A DNA stretch of 26,483 nucleotides from a virus (taxonomy: Duplodnaviria > Caudoviricetes), in the IMG/VR virus record IMGVR_UViG_3300020411_000897, positions 1-26,483 of that record. One strand, written 5' to 3'. The stretch's first letter is position 1; each line of letters opens with the position of its first letter. Below, in pieces: positions 24,496 to 26,483 of the stretch. The position numbers were made by a program, and so were the translations under genes. A model generated the notes under the pieces. The model did no database searches. It worked only from the letters and a program-made list of their open reading frames with translations, and was not told where the DNA came from.

Positions 24496-25383
24496 ATGGC
24501 CGACTCAGATTCATTTTTTGATATAGCATCTAAGGAATATTCCGGTAAACAAAGGGATGAACAAAATCCTGGTATTGATGCTATGCAAAGTCAAAATTGG
24601 AAAATCCAACCAGAAGTATTTTGTGGGATTATTACACTTATAAATGATACAGCAAGTTTAGCAGCTGCAAGAGCTGCTGTTGATTCTATAAGAAAATATA
24701 ATAGTATGTTACAACCTTATATAATTCCAGCTGTTACTCCAGAAACTCTAGATGTTGAATTAAAATCTTTTCGAAAAACTATTAAAGATTGGACATATCC
24801 TTATAAGCCAGGTGATTCTAGAATTGATATAAAATCTGGAATGACTTTATCTGCCTACAATGCTAAAGATTATTTAAAAGTTGTATCGTGTCTGGTATCT
24901 CATATGAAATGTTGGAGAATGTCTCTTATGTTAAATACTACACTTGTAATTTTAGAACATGATGCTATTTTTACTAAAAAGTTTGATTTATTTAATGACA
25001 TTTATGGTAGTGGAAGAGATACTAGTATAATACAATTAAACAATCCTTTAGGTGCTACAAGAAAATCACAAACGTTTTATGATGGCCTTCAATTACAATT
25101 AACTGAAACAGGAAATGACAATGAAGTAAAAGAAGGTTATACAAGACTATTAGATGCTCCATGGGTAGATACTGATAGGGTTTCTCCACAAGGCCTTGCT
25201 GGTAACTCTGCATACGTAATGAATCCAGGTCCTGCTTTTAAATTATTTAAGCTTATAGATGAACATGGGCTATGGCCAAATGATGCGATTATGTGTAAGC
25301 AATTATTAGGTGAGGGTATATTAAAAGTAGCGTATCCTCATTATACTAAATTACAAGGAGTTGCTTCTACAACACAAGGTTAA
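24496..25383 (+). CDS. Glycosyltransferase family 25-like
   Basis: Motifs AVTP, CLVSH..CW, VILEHDA, GNSAYV..P..A..L and PND. Confidence 0.8.
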   Translation: MADSDSFFDIASKEYSGKQRDEQNPGIDAMQSQNWKIQPEVFCGIITLINDTASLAAARAAVDSIRKYNSMLQPYIIPAVTPETLDVELKSFRKTIKDWTYPYKPGDSRIDIKSGMTLSAYNAKDYLKVVSCLVSHMKCWRMSLMLNTTLVILEHDAIFTKKFDLFNDIYGSGRDTSIIQLNNPLGATRKSQTFYDGLQLQLTETGNDNEVKEGYTRLLDAPWVDTDRVSPQGLAGNSAYVMNPGPAFKLFKLIDEHGLWPNDAIMCKQLLGEGILKVAYPHYTKLQGVASTTQG

Positions 25384-25385
25384 TC

Positions 25386-26033
25386 ATGAAACATTTTGTT
25401 ATTACTATTATTGATAATGATCAATCCCATTTTGCTGCTGATAAATGCGTAGCGTCTGGAAAAAAATTCGGACTAGAAATAGATTATTATCAAGCTTTCA
25501 CACCACATACTTGTTTTGATTTTATAGAAGAACATAAAATTAATACAGATCGATTTGAAAACAGTAAGTTTTCTAGAGAAGATAATGCAAGAGCAGCTTT
25601 TTGTTCTCATTTATCTTTATGGATGTATAGTGCTCAATCAGGAGAAGAAGTTACTATATTTGAACATGATGCTGTTATTATGGATTACTTACCAGAGATA
25701 GATCATAATGGATGTATTTCATTTGGTAAACCCTCTTATGGCCAATGGTTTGTACCACCTAATATTGGACGAAATAGATTAGTATCTAAAAGATACTTTC
25801 CCGGTGCTCATGCATATAGAATAAAACCTAAAGCAGCGCAGGTAATGGTGGATACAGCAATTCTCAGAGGAGCTCCTACTGATGTATTTCTAAACATAGA
25901 AACATTTCCATTTTTAGAAGAATACTATCCTTGGCCGGTAGAAGTAAGAGAAACTTTTTCAACTATTCAAAAAGAGGAAGGATGTAAAGCGAAACATATG
26001 TATAATGAAAACTATATTATTGAGGAGGTGTAA
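25386..26033 (+). CDS. Glycosyltransferase family 25-like
   Basis: Motifs AFTP, FCSHLSLW, IFEHDA, GAHAY.I.P.AA and PTD. Confidence 0.8.
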   Translation: MKHFVITIIDNDQSHFAADKCVASGKKFGLEIDYYQAFTPHTCFDFIEEHKINTDRFENSKFSREDNARAAFCSHLSLWMYSAQSGEEVTIFEHDAVIMDYLPEIDHNGCISFGKPSYGQWFVPPNIGRNRLVSKRYFPGAHAYRIKPKAAQVMVDTAILRGAPTDVFLNIETFPFLEEYYPWPVEVRETFSTIQKEEGCKAKHMYNENYIIEEV

Positions 26034-26483
26034 TGACAGTCGCAGTCGTATGTGTTCATTGGGGCACTAAATTCCCATTAGATTATGTTTATAATTTAAA
26101 AGCAATGGTAGAACGTAATACTACTGTTGATCACAAATTTATATGCTATTCTGATAAAACAATTCCAGGAATAGATACAAAAATATTAAGACCTGGTTAT
26201 GAAGGATGGTGGAATAAACTACAAATATTTGATGCAGCGCAAAAGTCTGCTGATAGAGTCGTTTATTTTGATTTAGATACATTAATTGTAAATAATATAG
26301 ATTGGTTATTAGAATATAATAAATGGTTTATGGGTATAGAAGATGTAGGAGCTGTTAATAAACACCAACCTCACTTAAAAAACGTTTTACAATCAGGAGT
26401 GATGGCTTGGGATTTTAATGTAATGTCTCATGTATGGAATGAGTTTGTTTTATCTTATGATAGAGCCATTGATACATATAGAG
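26033..26483 (+). CDS. 3'-truncated GT-A glycosyltransferase (GT8-like), not in the ORF track
   Basis: GAGGAGG RBS and TAATG coupling. Reads MTVAVVCVHWGTKFPLDYV..F.CYSD..GWWNKLQIF..YFDLD..QSGVM and stays open to the window end. Confidence 0.8.
   Translation, partial: MTVAVVCVHWGTKFPLDYVYNLKAMVERNTTVDHKFICYSDKTIPGIDTKILRPGYEGWWNKLQIFDAAQKSADRVVYFDLDTLIVNNIDWLLEYNKWFMGIEDVGAVNKHQPHLKNVLQSGVMAWDFNVMSHVWNEFVLSYDRAIDTYR

Larger units (their letters stand above)
1..26483 (+). other. Segment of a T4-like (myovirus) phage genome
   Basis: T4-type RNase H, overlapping spanin pair, M15 endolysin, RNR and TATAAATA-like late promoter motifs. Genes are dense and co-directional; no housekeeping bacterial operons or integrase are present. 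Confidence 0.92.

Noticed and set aside
15438-26483. Bacterial LPS/capsule locus (host contamination or prophage flank)
   Set aside because: It is seamlessly coupled to phage genes, has similar composition and late-promoter motifs, and lacks wzx, wzy or transport genes.

Overview
This is a fragment of an AT-rich, large T4-like (myovirus-type) phage genome, probably from an aquatic Gram-negative host. All credible genes are on the + strand and tightly coupled through TAATG or ATGA overlaps. (1) 1-8.7 kb is a late/virion-like block: a KxDG ligase-like protein, an HxGH cytidyltransferase-like protein, and several Lys-rich modular proteins with T4 internal-protein-like N-termini. These carry a Cys-rich metallothionein-like segment, heptad His-rich segments and a Ca-binding-like loop. 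(2) 8.7-15.5 kb holds an overlapping i-/o-spanin pair, a monomeric-type class II ribonucleotide reductase with no adjacent nrdB, a zinc-ribbon peptide, a class 3 lipase and a GIY-YIG protein. A perfect sigma70 promoter then precedes a ~200-nt GC-rich structured ncRNA (probably manA-like) just upstream of T4-type RNase H, followed by an M15 peptidase endolysin. (3) 15.4-26.5 kb is a glycan-biosynthesis island with a 2OG-Fe(II) oxygenase, a radical SAM/SPASM enzyme, a methyltransferase, a UDP-glucuronate 4-epimerase-like enzyme and about 10 glycosyltransferase-like genes, including two paralog expansions. All calls come from reading motifs; no database searches were run.
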